DNA of 63,685 nt, filler included, from Octopus bimaculoides (lineage: Eukaryota), in assembly GCF_001194135.2 (NCBI RefSeq). It is 9 parts of 9 records of this genome, joined end to end, with 100 filler letters (N's around TTAATTAATTAA, not from the genome) between each part and the next. Parts side by side here need not be neighbours in the genome. Positions count along the whole stretch, not along the records: positions 6,003 to 14,984 come from NC_068994.1; positions 15,085 to 19,889 come from NC_068981.1; positions 19,990 to 39,781 come from NC_068986.1; 6 more parts are not named here. One strand, 5' to 3'. Below the pieces are notes generated by a model. That model worked only from the letters and a program-made list of their open reading frames with translations, searched no databases and had not been told where the DNA came from. Shown piece by piece: positions 12,942-26,225 of the stretch (position 1 is the stretch's first letter; every line of letters begins with the position of its first letter). The translations under genes were made by a program, and so were the position numbers.

Positions 12942-14850
12942 NNNNNNNNNNATCTTATATAAGTATATACACATATACTTTATATGTATGTGCATATACG
13001 TACGCATATTCACACACATTTTTATGTATGTATATGTGTGTTTGTATGTTTGTGCATCTTAAAAATATGACATATAATTGCTATAAATTGTTATAAATAT
13101 TAAATCTAGAATGTTTTTGTTATTTAGAATAACTTACATCCTGGAAGAGAAATTCTTAATATTTATGTATATTTCAAACTCAATTATGTATGTATGTGTG
13201 TGTGCGCGCGCATGCGTGCGTACGTGCGTGTGTGTTTGTGTTTGTGTGTGTGTGTGTGTGTGTGCGTGTGTGTGTGTGTTAAACCATCAGAGCTATTAAA
13301 ATACTTTATCAAAATTTTGAAATATAAAATGCTTTGTTTTCTGTAATAGTTCATAATGTAAAACTAAAATTTCGTCAAAAATCTATTTTGCTTACAAGAA
13401 TTGTATGGTTCCGAAAGCATCTCTTCTAAAGTAATTAGTTGCTTAAAATATCAAATATCGATTGAAATATGGTATTAGTCCATCAGATATATAAAATGCA
13501 TAGTTTGTTTTAATTAAGGCCATTATATTTGGCGTTTATCACGTCATATTAATTTTCATGCGTTTGAAATGCTTCCAATATCTATAGATACAGTCATTTC
13601 CTTGAGGACATATCAATAAACAAAATAATAAAATTAGAGAACAATATTTGATACAGTTAAAAGCATTGATATATTGTTATAATCTGTTCTTTAATCTATT
13701 GTTATTAAGACCTATGTATAAAACGATTACTTATCTTTTCTCTAACTTTTGCTTCATATTATGAAAACCTTTCTATGTATCGTTCAGTTGGTGATAAGCT
13801 TTTGTGTTTCTGCTGAATTTTCGTTTCCACAAGACAAAGAAACAGTGAAACTGCAGAAGCGAGAGGGAAACGAAAAACATTTGCGTTTCTAAAGAAACAA
13901 TTTGTGCCCTGTATAACTGGAACAAAAACGGTGTAATCATTGGTTCTACTTTAGGAAGTGCATTTGAGATTTTCCACGTACTATACATATTATATTCAAA
14001 CTAAAGCATGAACGTATAATATATGACAGATATATAAATAATATTACTGTTGTAATGAACACATGTAAGATGCTGACAGAAAATATGGTAAACATCTATA
14101 ATATCCTACACATACATTCTATTATGTAGCAATGAACACGAATATAAAACAAACATCACTGTTCCCGGACAAGGAGATATTAAGATGAAGTGTTTTGTTC
14201 AAGAACATTACGTACCAACCGGTCTAGGAATGGAAACCACGATATCGTGATCGTGAGTTCAACGCCCGAACCACGAGGCCATGCACCCTCACTATATATN
14301 NNNNNNNNNNNNNNNNNNNNNNNNNNNNNNNNNNNNNNNNNNNNNNNNNNNNNNNNNNNNNNNNNNNNNNNNNNNNNNNNNNNNNNNNNNNNNNNNNNNN
14401 NNNNNNNNNNNNNNNNNNNNNNNNNNNNNNNNNNNNNNNNNNNNNNNNNNNNNNNNNNNNNNNNNNNNNNNNNNNNNNNNNNNNNNNNNNNNNNNNNNNN
14501 NNNNNNNNNNNNNNNNNNNNNNNNNNNNNNNNNNNNNNNNNNNNNNNNNNNNNNNNNNNNNNNNNNNNNNNNNNNNNNNNNNNNNNNNNNNNNNNNNNNN
14601 NNNNNNNNNNNNNNNNNNNNNNNNNNNNNNNNTTGTTTGCAATGTCCTGTACCCAGATATGCACCTATACATACAGGTGGATGTCGGTATGCACATACCT
14701 GTACGTATATATGCATATACTCATTTACTTTTGTTTTTATATATATATATATATATATATACATACGTACATACGTACATACATGTATGAATGCTAGCTC
14801 CCTTCATGTATGCCCATGTCTTCCTCAAAATCCACAAACGAACACGTTGC

Positions 14851-14918
<68 letters not shown>

Positions 14919-14927
14919 ATCAACATC

Positions 14928-14984
<57 letters not shown>
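14851..14984. repeat. Compound (ATT)n/(CAT)n microsatellite
   Basis: Directly visible. Confidence 0.95.
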
Positions 14985-15084
14985 NNNNNNNNNNNNNNNN
15001 NNNNNNNNNNNNNNNNNNNNNNNNNNNNTTAATTAATTAANNNNNNNNNNNNNNNNNNNNNNNNNNNNNNNNNNNNNNNNNNNN
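14985..15084. other. Artificial scaffold linker
   Basis: Same N44-TTAATTAATTAA-N44 structure. Confidence 0.95.
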
Positions 15085-15219
15085 CACACATTCTACGCAA
15101 AACACTTTCAATACAGTAAACATAAGAACATCACAGCAAACCACAGCACGTACCCAAGGCGCACAGAGCTGCGCTCGGTAGTGAAGTGAAAGCACGTTAT
15201 AAAAATAAAACTACTGAAC

Positions 15220-15287
<68 letters not shown>

Positions 15288-15331
15288 CTCCACCACCACC
15301 ACATACAGCATTACTACCATCGTCACCACCG

Positions 15332-15388
<57 letters not shown>
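15220..15388. repeat. Compound (AAT)n, (CCA)-rich, (ACT)n microsatellite
   Basis: Directly visible. Confidence 0.95.
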
Positions 15389-16643
15389 ATTCTCTCTAGT
15401 ATAGGCGCAAGGCCTGAAATTTTGGGATTGGATTGTTGATTACATCGGCTCCAGGACACAACTGGTACTCGTTTCATAACCACGTAGGAAAAAAGTTAAA
15501 ATCAACCTTGGTGTAACTTGAACTCAAAACTTAAAGAGCTGAAAGAAATACGGAGAAGCACATTTTTGACGCTCTAATGATTATGCATTCTCTTCATTCT
15601 AATAATAATGCTCACTGTTTCAAATTTGGGTACAAGGCCAGCAATTTCGTGGAGCTGCGGAAGGTTAGTCAAATATATCAAAATCACACCCTCACAATCA
15701 CTGCCACAACCACCTCCACCAGCAGCAGTAACAACAACCACAAAATCAGCATAACCATCATCGTCAGTCCCGACATTATCCTCGCCATCATCGCCGCCAA
15801 ATATTCATTAATTTTTATAAATTCAATACAAATATCACTAATGCAGATTACAGATGCGACAGTGCGTATGGAAATAATGTTATAAATTCTTAAATATTAA
15901 TTCTTAGCCTATCAACATCCTGAACCCCTTAGTTCGTAATGACTAAATAGTGTTTATAATAGCCATTCAAAGAATATGCGTCTTTAAAGCTAGGCTCTTT
16001 ATAACCACTTAACTCGCCGAAATGGAAAATAAATATNNNNNNNNNNNNNNNNNNNNNNNNNNNNNNNNNNNNNNNNNNNNNNNNNNNNNNNNNNNNNNNN
16101 NNNNNNNNNNNNNNNNNNNNNNNNNNNNNNNNNNNNNNNNNNNNNNNNNNNNNNNNNNNNNNNNNNNNNNNNNNNNNNNNNNNNNNNNNNNNNNNNNNNN
16201 NNNNNNNNNNNNNNNNNNNNNNNNNNNNNNNNNNNNNNNNNNNNNNNNNNNNNNNNNNNNNNNNNNNNNNNNNNNNNNNNNNNNNNNNNNNNNNNNNNNN
16301 NNNNNNNNNNNNNNNNNNNNNNNNNNNNNNNNNNNNNNNNNNNNNNNNNNNNNNNNNNNNNNNNNNNNNNNNNNNNNNNNNNNNNNNNNNNNNNNNNNNN
16401 NNNNNNNNNNNNNNNNNNNNNNNNNNNNNNAATGCAACTCTCAAAGCTAACCTCCTAAAAAACAGACTAAACGGTCATCATGATTTCGTAATTATTGCAG
16501 TAATATGCACCCTTTACTCATCAGCTCACGTATAGTCAAGACACATAAAAATAAACAAAAAGACCAACACACCAGACGAACACTCCTTGTATTCAGCATA
16601 GAAAATTGCTTATCCCTTTATATCTATATATGTATATATTGTC

Positions 16644-17050
16644 GCAGGAGTGGATGTATGGTAAGTAGCTTGCTTACTAACCACAAGGTTCCGGGTTAAA
16701 TCCCACTGCGTGGGACTTTGCGCAGGTGACTTCTACTATAGCCTCGGGCCGACCAAAGCCTTGTGAGTGGATTTGGTAGACGGAAACTGAAAGAAGACCG
16801 TCGTTTATATAAATGTGTGTGTGTGTGTGTATGTATGTGTGTGTCTGTCTGACTGTCTGTGTTCGTCTCATCATCATCGCTTGACAACCGATGTTGGTGT
16901 GTTTACGTACCTGTAACTTAGCCGTTCAGCATAAGAGACCGGTAGAATAAGTACTAGGCTTACAAACAATAAGTCCTTGTGTCGATTTCTTCGACTAAAA
17001 GTGGTGCTCCGGCATGGCCGCTGTTAAATGACTGAAACAAATAAAAGAAT
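16644..17050 (+). mobile_element. tRNA-derived SINE family A, near full length, with internal (TG)n tract
   Basis: Head GCAGGAGTGG...GGTTCCGGGTTAAATCCC (A/B-box-like); body TAGCCTCGGGCCGACCAAAGCCTTGTGAGTGG; tail GACTGAAACAAATAAAAGAA; many copies in the window. Confidence 0.85.
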
Positions 17051-17831
17051 ATATATATAGTTGAAATTTACAGAAAAACAAAAGATGATGACAGGTGTAT
17101 TTGTTTGGAAAGTGAGAAAATCTTTTATGTTTCGAGCCTATGCTCTTCAGCAGAAAGGAACAAAAAGAAAATAAACTGAATGAGAATTAAAAAAAAGTTG
17201 TGCATATAGCGATCAAGCATGGTGGTCCAAATCACGCGTTGCTTTGGATATTACATTGTTGGTATAATCTAGGGTGTCCTAGAAGTCATAAATCCCCTTG
17301 GTATATTATTATCAAATGAATAATAACATACGATGGATAATTGTTAGCTCATTATAGCTATCACTTACATAACTTTTTAAATGAAAAATGAGAATATTTC
17401 TCCATTTCAAAAATCCGTAATCGTCAGATGAAACGTAATTTTACAAACAAAATATCATTGGAATATTCTTTTGTCCGTAAAATTACGTTTCATCTCATGA
17501 TTGCGGATTTTGCAAAGGAGTAATGTTCTTATTCTTCTACGATAAAGATACGTAAGAAACAGCTGTAATGAGTTGACACTTATCCATCGTATGTTATTAT
17601 TCATTTGATTATACATACATATATACATATACAAATTAAAGACAGAAAACGGAATATACGAGAATCTACTATTAATCACAACATCCAGTTTTATATTATC
17701 CATCATCTTGGTACGCTACCGTAAAGCACTTTCTTCCACACACACACACACATATATGTATGTATGTATGTATGTATTTAATGACACACACTACGTAAAT
17801 ATAGAGATAGAGAGATGGAATCTCTCTCCTC

Positions 17832-17863
<32 letters not shown>

Positions 17864-17886
17864 CTACATACATACATACATAAATA

Positions 17887-18453
17887 CGAGGGTGAGTCAA
17901 AAAGTAATGCCATTTTGTTTAGGACAGGTATAATTACCAACACAGGAACATGTATCATACATAAAAATGAAGCTAGTCCTCTGTGGATCACATCCCTTCT
18001 TCTCAACATAGTCACCGTTTCTCTCAATAGCAATGTTCCACCTTCGAATGAGAGAATGTATCTCTGCCTCGTAAATTCTGTTGACTGTTCTTTGAGCCAC
18101 TTCTTCAGTACAGTTTTTACTTACACGTCACTGTAATAATTTAGCGCCTTCAGACTATCATCTCTTCGGCCCCATGAAAGAAGGTTTGAGAGACAAACAT
18201 TATTCCAGTGACGAGGAAGCGAAAACAGTAGTGAAGAAGTGGTTCAAAGAACAGTCAACAGAATTTTACGGAGCAGGGATACATGCTCTCATTCGAAGGT
18301 GGAACATTGCTATTGAGAGAAACGGTGACTATGGTGAGGAGTAGGGATGAGAACCTCAGAGTACCAACTTCATTTTGATGCATGATACATGTTACTATGC
18401 TGGCAATTATACCTGTCCTAAACAAAATGGCATTAGTTTTTGGCTCACCCTCG
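17887..18453. mobile_element. Palindromic mariner-derived element made of two inverted 3' ends, flanked by TA
   Basis: TA|CGAGGGTGAGTCAAAAAG...TTTTTGGCTCACCCTCG|TA; arms 17887-18139 and 18200-18453 are inverted copies. The + strand encodes the mariner C-terminus NLAPSDYHLFGPMKEGLRDKHYSSDEEAKTVVKKWFKEQSTEFYGAGIHALIRRWNIAIERNGDYGEE*. Confidence 0.9.
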
Positions 18454-18795
18454 TATGTATGCAAATAGAAATCTTCGCAAGACCTTTGTTGTCCCATTTA
18501 TTGTATATATATACAATGAAAAGGCATCTATATTTTGAGCAGCTTAAGTCTAGTGAACTGAGGTTAATCGTTTTCGCTGATGAAGTCAGAGATGACTGAA
18601 ACAAGTTTGTTGATTCTATTACTTTATATTTTTAAACAGAGCACGTTTCATGTTCCCAAACATATCGATTACCTTTTATTATTGCTGATATCACTTATGA
18701 TGTGATTCGTATATTTTTGAGCAATATAACAGATAAGCCCACACGCAATCATACAGATACTCCCACACATAGATATGAATACATGCGCATATATG

Positions 18796-18877
<82 letters not shown>

Positions 18878-19889
18878 TGCATACAATACACACATACACA
18901 CCCTCACACGCACACACACACACACACACACATACATACATATCTGAGAAGCTTCTGCACTGTGTCGTAAATATTTTGTCATGTCATTGCAAAAAGGAGA
19001 TACTAGTGGAAGGTATCACCCACTGATACTGATATCGAACGCAGAATATTTATAGCTAAAGCATTACACACGCACACCGACACACTCATTTGTATATATG
19101 TATATATAGATATGGCTGTGTGCTTACATCCATGCTTACACGTAGACATATATTACACTTATATATATGTTGTCTTGACATGAGAAGATGCACGTGCTTT
19201 TGCGTGTATCTGTTTACAAGATATTTTATTTGCTTAGTATCTAAACTGGTTTCCTTATCTAACAAAAGTCTCCAATTATTTAAGGCCTATGGCAAATGTA
19301 TATCCAATATCTGCAATCACGAAAAAAAAACCACAACAAAAATCAACTAACGTCATAGTAAATAACTGAGATTAGCTATCTAGAACAAGCTGCAGTTCAA
19401 CAATGGAGATTTCACTATGAACCAACATTTACCGTATGCAATTTCATTACTTCGTTTTTGTTATATCATTGTCAACACTAGCGGTAGAAGCATTAGAGAA
19501 ATTTATTCTATTTAGATGCAGACGTTTTTGCATAGAAAGCAAATTTAGAATGTTAGAAGCTCACACAGAGGGCATTGTTGTAAGTATGTTCGAAGAAAGT
19601 AAAAAATACGTTCAATGCGTTTACAGTTTGTTATAGATGCCGACATACTTCTCTACATTCTTATATTCTTTCGCTTCTTTCAGTTATTGAACTGCTGACA
19701 TGCTGCAGCACGACCTTGAGAGATTTAGTCGAACAACACGATACCAGTGACTATTTTTCGAACTAGAACTTAAGCTATCGTTTTTCTTTTTCTTCTGTCG
19801 AACCACCCACTCATTTATGTGGAAGTAAACATAGCAACACCGTTTGTCTAGCTGGGGAGGGAAACCAAAGACTTACACACACACACACA

Positions 19890-19989
19890 NNNNNNNNNNN
19901 NNNNNNNNNNNNNNNNNNNNNNNNNNNNNNNNNTTAATTAATTAANNNNNNNNNNNNNNNNNNNNNNNNNNNNNNNNNNNNNNNNNNNN
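19890..19989. other. Artificial scaffold linker
   Basis: Same structure; marks the left end of the GALNT2 scaffold. Confidence 0.95.
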
Positions 19990-20101
19990 GGTTTGTGTTT
20001 TATCTACCTTCCTACTTATTAGGATTTTGGTTTTAGCTAGGTTGACTCTAAGGCCCTTCAATTCTAGACCTTGCTTCCACACCTGAAACTTCTCCTCTAG
20101 T

Positions 20102-20136
<35 letters not shown>

Positions 20137-21329
20137 TTGATAGAATAAGTACTAGGCTTACAAAGAATAAGTCCTGGGGTCGATTTTCTCGACTAAAGGT
20201 GGTGCTCCAGCATGGACGCAGTCAATTGACTGAAACCAGTAAAAGAGTAATGAAAAATGTAGTAAAATAATTTGTCATTTTAAGCTGATTTTTGGAACAT
20301 TAATCAACATGAAATTTTAATAGGTAATTTTTATTTAGATAATTTTGAAATATGAAGGTTATTTAGTACCAGGGGCGATCTCAGATGGAGTGGTATTAAA
20401 AGTGTTAAGGGGCCCAATATGCTTTCTTTCTTCACTACTTTGTTTCATTTCAAACTCAATCTTAAGCAGTTTACCAATTTTCTTTCCCAAGAACTACTTC
20501 CCTGTATACCCCGCCCCTACTCCTTTGTGCTAATTCTTTGAGACTCCTGTTAGATAAGGAGACAGAGTTATATGGGTGTGATTATGGAATGAAAGCATTA
20601 AAGGGAGTGGAAGTTGTATAGGAGTGTAGTTTGGAGGAAGAAGTATTGGTAAAGATGTTTAGTACGGAAAATTTGGAATGAGACAAAATAGAGCTGAGGA
20701 TAGGAGGTGAGTTTGGTATCTTAAATGGGTTTAAGTACAAGTGGTATACCATCAGTTAGTTTTAGAAAACCAGAGACTGCCATAGTAATTATAAAAGAGA
20801 CATAGTAGTAAAATTGTGTAGAGATTTGATGAAGAAATGTAAAAGATATCAGACTACCAATTAGCTCTTAGGTTTTGCTTTCAGATCTGCAGTCATTTTG
20901 TTGTTTTTGAGCAGAACACTTTATTCTACATTCCCTTATTTCACCTACTCATGGAGAATTTCTACCATATTAATTGAGAATATTACCTGCAAGAGATCAT
21001 TCTTTCCATAAGAGATTATATTCCTTCTCTGTTCTGAACTACAAAATTGTTGCTAGTCACTGTTTCTTATATATTTGTTCGAGGCTTAGAATTCACAGTC
21101 GTAGGGTGACTAGATGAAACCATGTCAGTCATGCTGGACTTTTTTGCTGGATATTCTCTAGAATGAAATGTGCATAGTCAGGGTAAAATATACTCTTAAT
21201 ATAAGGCATATCTCAGATGAAGAAAGCCAGCTTTTTGATGAAATCATGGCTACATGCAGAATTTCTAGCTGCCAAGAAAAGATGTGAATAATTTTTCAGA
21301 TTACTATTTGATAGGTGATTTTTTTTCTT

Positions 21330-21860
21330 TCTTAGGACAAGCAATTTTATTTGAAAACAAGGATTTTGAGGACAAAAATTTCAAAAGATATTTCTGGAAC
21401 AAATATTTGAAAGATTGCTTAGGCCAAGCATTTGAATAGAGATTTGTAAGAAATATTCTCAAGGAATTTGAAGACAAGCTTCTGAAAGGATATTTTTAGA
21501 AGAACCATTTAAAAAGAAATTTTTGGTTTGAGCATTTCAAAGTAGTTCTAGGGACAGAATTCTAGATTTTAGGCTGAGAATTTGAAAGGAAAATTTTAAG
21601 CTAAATATTTGAAACTAGATTTCTAAAACAAACATTTGAAAAGGAATTTTTTTAGGACAAAACTATTGGAAAGGAAATATCCAGAGCAACGGATGCTTTT
21701 TGGAGAATTTGATAGCAGGTTTTTTTGGACAAGAATTTGAAAGGTTTTTAAGTTAAGAATATGAAAGAGGTTTTTGAAATTGTATTTTGCATCAAAAACA
21801 AAATTTTAGGACAAGTATTTAAAAGAAAATTTTTAAGGCATTTAATGTTTTTGAGATTAA
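21330..21860 (+). repeat. Highly degenerate ~26-28-bp minisatellite (~20 units)
   Basis: Recurring TTTTAGGACAAG-ATTTGAAAGG, e.g. TTTTAGGCTGAGAATTTGAAAGG, TTTTGGACAAGAATTTGAAAGG and TTTTAGGACAAGTATTTAAAAG; unit count by eye. Confidence 0.65.
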
Positions 21861-21994
21861 GTTTTCTGTGAGAATTATTCCCATAGAAAGACTCTATGGC
21901 AGCAAATCTCCAATCAAATGCTAATTATTAACCTACTTGGCAAAGTTAAATTAATATTTCTCTCCATTTCAGTTTCTTTCTCCCTCGTCCTTAA

Positions 21995-22423
<429 letters not shown>

Positions 22424-22884
22424 TGAGTACAGATATTCTAGAAATGAGTGATTCTTGTTCAAGATTGATAGAATAAGTGCCAGGTATAAAAAAAAATTTC
22501 AAATACTAGGGTCCATTTGTTTGCCTGAAACCCTTGAAACTGACACTCCAGCCTGGCCACAATCCAATGACTGAAACAAGGAAAAGCTAAAAGAAAGGAA
22601 AATGATTTAGTAGAATTGGTTCAAGAATGTAATTGTTGAGACATTTGGAAGTACTGTTTGTCTCCTTGATCAATTTGAATTTGAATATTTTTGGACACAA
22701 TGAATTTTCTATCAAGCTTATAATGATGTAAATCTAACTTCCTGACAATTAATCATAAATATTATAAATCCCATTCATAAATAAAATACATTAATTTACA
22801 CTTCCAAATAATACATCTTTTATTTTCTACTTGTTTCATTCATTAGACAAACCAACCCCAGTACATGAGTATCAGGGTTGATTT

Positions 22885-23184
22885 GCCTGGTACTTATTTT
22901 ATTGGTCTCTTGCCAAACTACTAAGTTATGGGGACATAAGCAAACCAGCACCGGTTGTCAAGTGGTGGTGGGGGTGCAAACACAAATACAGATGCATGCA
23001 CACACACACACATGTGCGATAGATGTCTTTCAGTTTCTGTGTGTCTACCAAATCCTCTCTCAATGCTTTGGTTGATCCAAGGCTAGAGTAGAAGACACTC
23101 ACCTAAGGTGCAACACGATGGTACATCACCCGGAACTATGGGGTTGGGAAGCAAACTTCTTACCACACAGCCATGCCTGTACCT
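22885..23184 (-). mobile_element. SINE family A copy in a GALNT2 intron (CpG-decayed)
   Basis: Homologous to the other copies; many CG positions read TG or CA. Confidence 0.75.
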
Positions 23185-23428
23185 ATGTTGATATTTTTTA
23201 ATTTGAAAAAAAAAAAATATTTTCGTCATTGTCTTTAATGTCACCCACAGACATTCACATTGATGTTATTTGCTATAATTTATTCCTTTTTTGATAACAT
23301 GTGAGAATATACTGAATTGAATTGAAATGAATTGTAGAGCGGTTGATGGTGTTGCTAAATGAGTATTTTTATCTGTGATTCTTTACGTTGAACTTCTTTA
23401 TTGAACTTGTTCTGCCATGGTCTTGCAG

Positions 23429-23521
23429 GAATACTCGACGAGCAGCTGAAGTATGGATGGATGAATATAAATATTTGTATTATAATGCTGTACCATCTTC
23501 GAAATATGTTTCCTATGGAGA
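23429..23521 (+). CDS. GALNT2: GALNT2 internal exon
   Basis: ttgcag|G AAT...GGA GA|gtaagt; 93 bp; (R)[30 protein letters not shown](D); phase matches the previous exon. Confidence 0.95.
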
Positions 23522-24739
23522 GTAAGTATCATAATTCTGTCTTTTTTTTTTTTTTGTTTTGTTTTGTGACATAACTTTTATGTTTTACCCTTCTTTTATT
23601 TAATGGCACATTAATTGTAATAGTGTCACCTACTGGGGATTACAACCTCTGTTATTAGTGATCATCATCATTATCATCATCATCATCAAACATCCATTTT
23701 CCATGCTAGCATGGGTTGGACAGTTTGACATGGTCTGGTGAGCTGCTGGGCCATGTTGAGCTTCAGTTTCAGCCTGGACATAGTATCTCTGGCTGGATGC
23801 CCTTTCACACTGCCAACCACTCTACAGAAGTATTGGTTGTTTTTTTAATATGCTACCAGCACTGGTTAGGTCATCAAATAACTTGCAAAACAAGAAAATC
23901 ATTTTATTATTTTCTCTTATCATGGTTGAAGCAGTTCTTACTTTTCATTAGTGTCTTCATATTTTGTGAACAAAAATGTTTTGATTTCACTTGATCCAAC
24001 CTAACTGTAGTTTAACAGAGAGATGGATGGAATGGAATTCTGTTATTACTGTCAAAAACATAACACAAATGAACTCAAAGACTCAGTTGTTGCCAATGCA
24101 GTAATGGTAATAAGATTCCTGGTTTCGTGTGTAATTTGTCAATATCCGTGTTACAGTTATATTACTTGGCTCCCTTGCAGACTCCATAGTTCCTCTTTAC
24201 ATTTTTATCTCTTAGCAGGAGGAAACTGTCACAACTTCAGTAGGAGGATATTACAGGAAATGAAGTAAAAGCTGAATTCATTTCTTGGCTTGGAAGAATT
24301 ATTATCAGTTATGATGGTGAATCTTATGATGTCATGTTATCATTCCAGCTCTTAATGTCATGATCCTTATCAATTTGATAATTATGTTTTCATAGTGATG
24401 TATTTCTTGTGTTTATTGTGGTTTGAGAATAGATACACCACATTCCTGTGTGTCATAAGAGACAACTAAAAGGATTAGCAACAAAAAAGGGCATCTGACC
24501 ATTAAACACTGCCTCAAAAATCTGTCCCAATTCATGCTACCCTGGAAAATTGGACATAAAACAATATGATGATGATGATGATGTTTCCTTAGTAATGTAT
24601 GTTGATAGGTCTTGGTCTCTTGGTGCTGCATTCATTTCCTCTGAGAGGTCTTTCTGATAAGATCTGATTACACTATGACATCATGCTTGTTCCATAGTCT
24701 GTATCTATCTTGCATCTTTCCTCTGTCAGAGAAAGCATG

Positions 24740-25020
24740 AGGTTGCAGAGACAGGTTTGCGAACTGTTCAAAAGCATTTCTAAAAGATCTTAAAGTAAGG
24801 ATTGGTTCCTGGGAGGTGCTTGACTCAAACTAACACAACTGGTGCAGTTTGATTCACACAGGGGCACAAACAGCTGAAAAGAAAAGAATAGTTGCTACTG
24901 AGACGTGTTCATCCTGCAAAATTTAGGACGATCAGTACCCTGAATTTGGCACCTTCCCATTTAAGCCTTACAAAGCGGATTCTTGGCTCAGATAGGCCTC
25001 CTCAACGGCATCTAGATCCA
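24740..25020 (+). mobile_element. RTE-clade LINE ORF C-terminal fragment, decayed
   Basis: LKDLKVRIGSWEVLDSN*HNWCSLIHTGAQTAEKKRI followed by FLAQIGLL, matching the RTE pattern LK...WE..A.DR..W..LI..GA...E..RI...F.A.IGL.SH; contains stops and frameshifts. Confidence 0.55.
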
Positions 25021-26141
25021 ACAGTTCAAACAAAACCTACATGCCAATTCTGAGTCTTGTTATTTTCAACAACAAAGGACAAAACAGTTTTACTATCAAA
25101 TACATCAGTTATTTGCATCACATATATGTACCATCACAATCATCTTCCTTCTATGGAATTTCAGCTGACCAAATTGGTAAAATGCTATGCTAATGACTTT
25201 TACAAGTTTGGTTAACTCCATATTACATGACATGACATTTAGCTGTGACTGGCTCAGTTCAATTAGCTGTTATTAGGTTCCAAGCGTAGAACACTAAGTA
25301 GAAATAATTTTGTTACTTTTCAGTGTTGAGTTTGTGTACTCTTTTGGCTCTCAGTCATGATAGAAGCATTCATGTTATGGATAATTGCAATTCTCTAGAC
25401 CTACCATCCCAAAGCAGTATCCTTATAAATGAATTTATATTGTACATATTCTCTGGTTATTAAATTAAAAACACTATTAAAGGATGGACATGGTTGTGTA
25501 GGTAACAAGTTTGATTCACAACCATATAGTTTTGGGTTCCATCCTACTTGAGGGCACCTTGAGCAAGTGTCTTTTGCAGACTTGTAAGTAAATTTGGTTG
25601 ATGGAAACTGTCGTATTTATACATACATGTATGTATGTGTATAGAAGGAGTGAATGTTGATATCTGACAGCTTTGCTTGTCACTGTCTAAGAGAAACAAT
25701 GATATAATGTTTACATTCCTTGTTTGACATTAGAAGTGAATTACTCTGCACTTTTCAAGACCATTGGAATAGAAAATCCCTTACTTGCAAAACAGGTAGG
25801 AGTTGACAGCAAGAAAAGCCTCTGCCCATAAAATCTCCCTCAGATAAGTCCCAGTTCAGCACCCATGCTAACATTGACAAATAGATGTTAAAACTGATGA
25901 ACCAGTAGATTTATTTATTTTTGTATACACTCTCTACAAGTGTATGAATCTCACAACTCTGTATAAATGTATACTATACACACTGGAGTGTATGCTTATA
26001 GACATATGAGTCTTTAGAAATGTATTTTTGTACATACACTGTCTGAAATGTATGTTAAATATCATGTATATAAACATCATAATTCCAAATGAATCCTATA
26101 TTAATTGGGGCACCTTTATATATTTTTCTCTCTCTTTGCAG

Positions 26142-26225
26142 TATATCAGAACGCCTAGAACTTAAGAGGAAACTCAAATGCCGACCATTTAAGTGGTACT
26201 TACAGAACGTTTATCCGGAATTAAA
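26142..26225 (+). CDS. GALNT2: GALNT2 internal exon (end of catalytic domain)
   Basis: ctttgcag|T ATA...TTA AA|gtaagg; 84 bp; (D)[27 protein letters not shown](K), containing the conserved CKPFKWYL-NVYPEL motif. Confidence 0.95.

Noticed and set aside
21330-21860. CRISPR-like array of ~27-bp repeats
   Set aside because: The units are contiguous and degenerate with no unique spacers, there are no cas genes, and the context is a eukaryotic intron.
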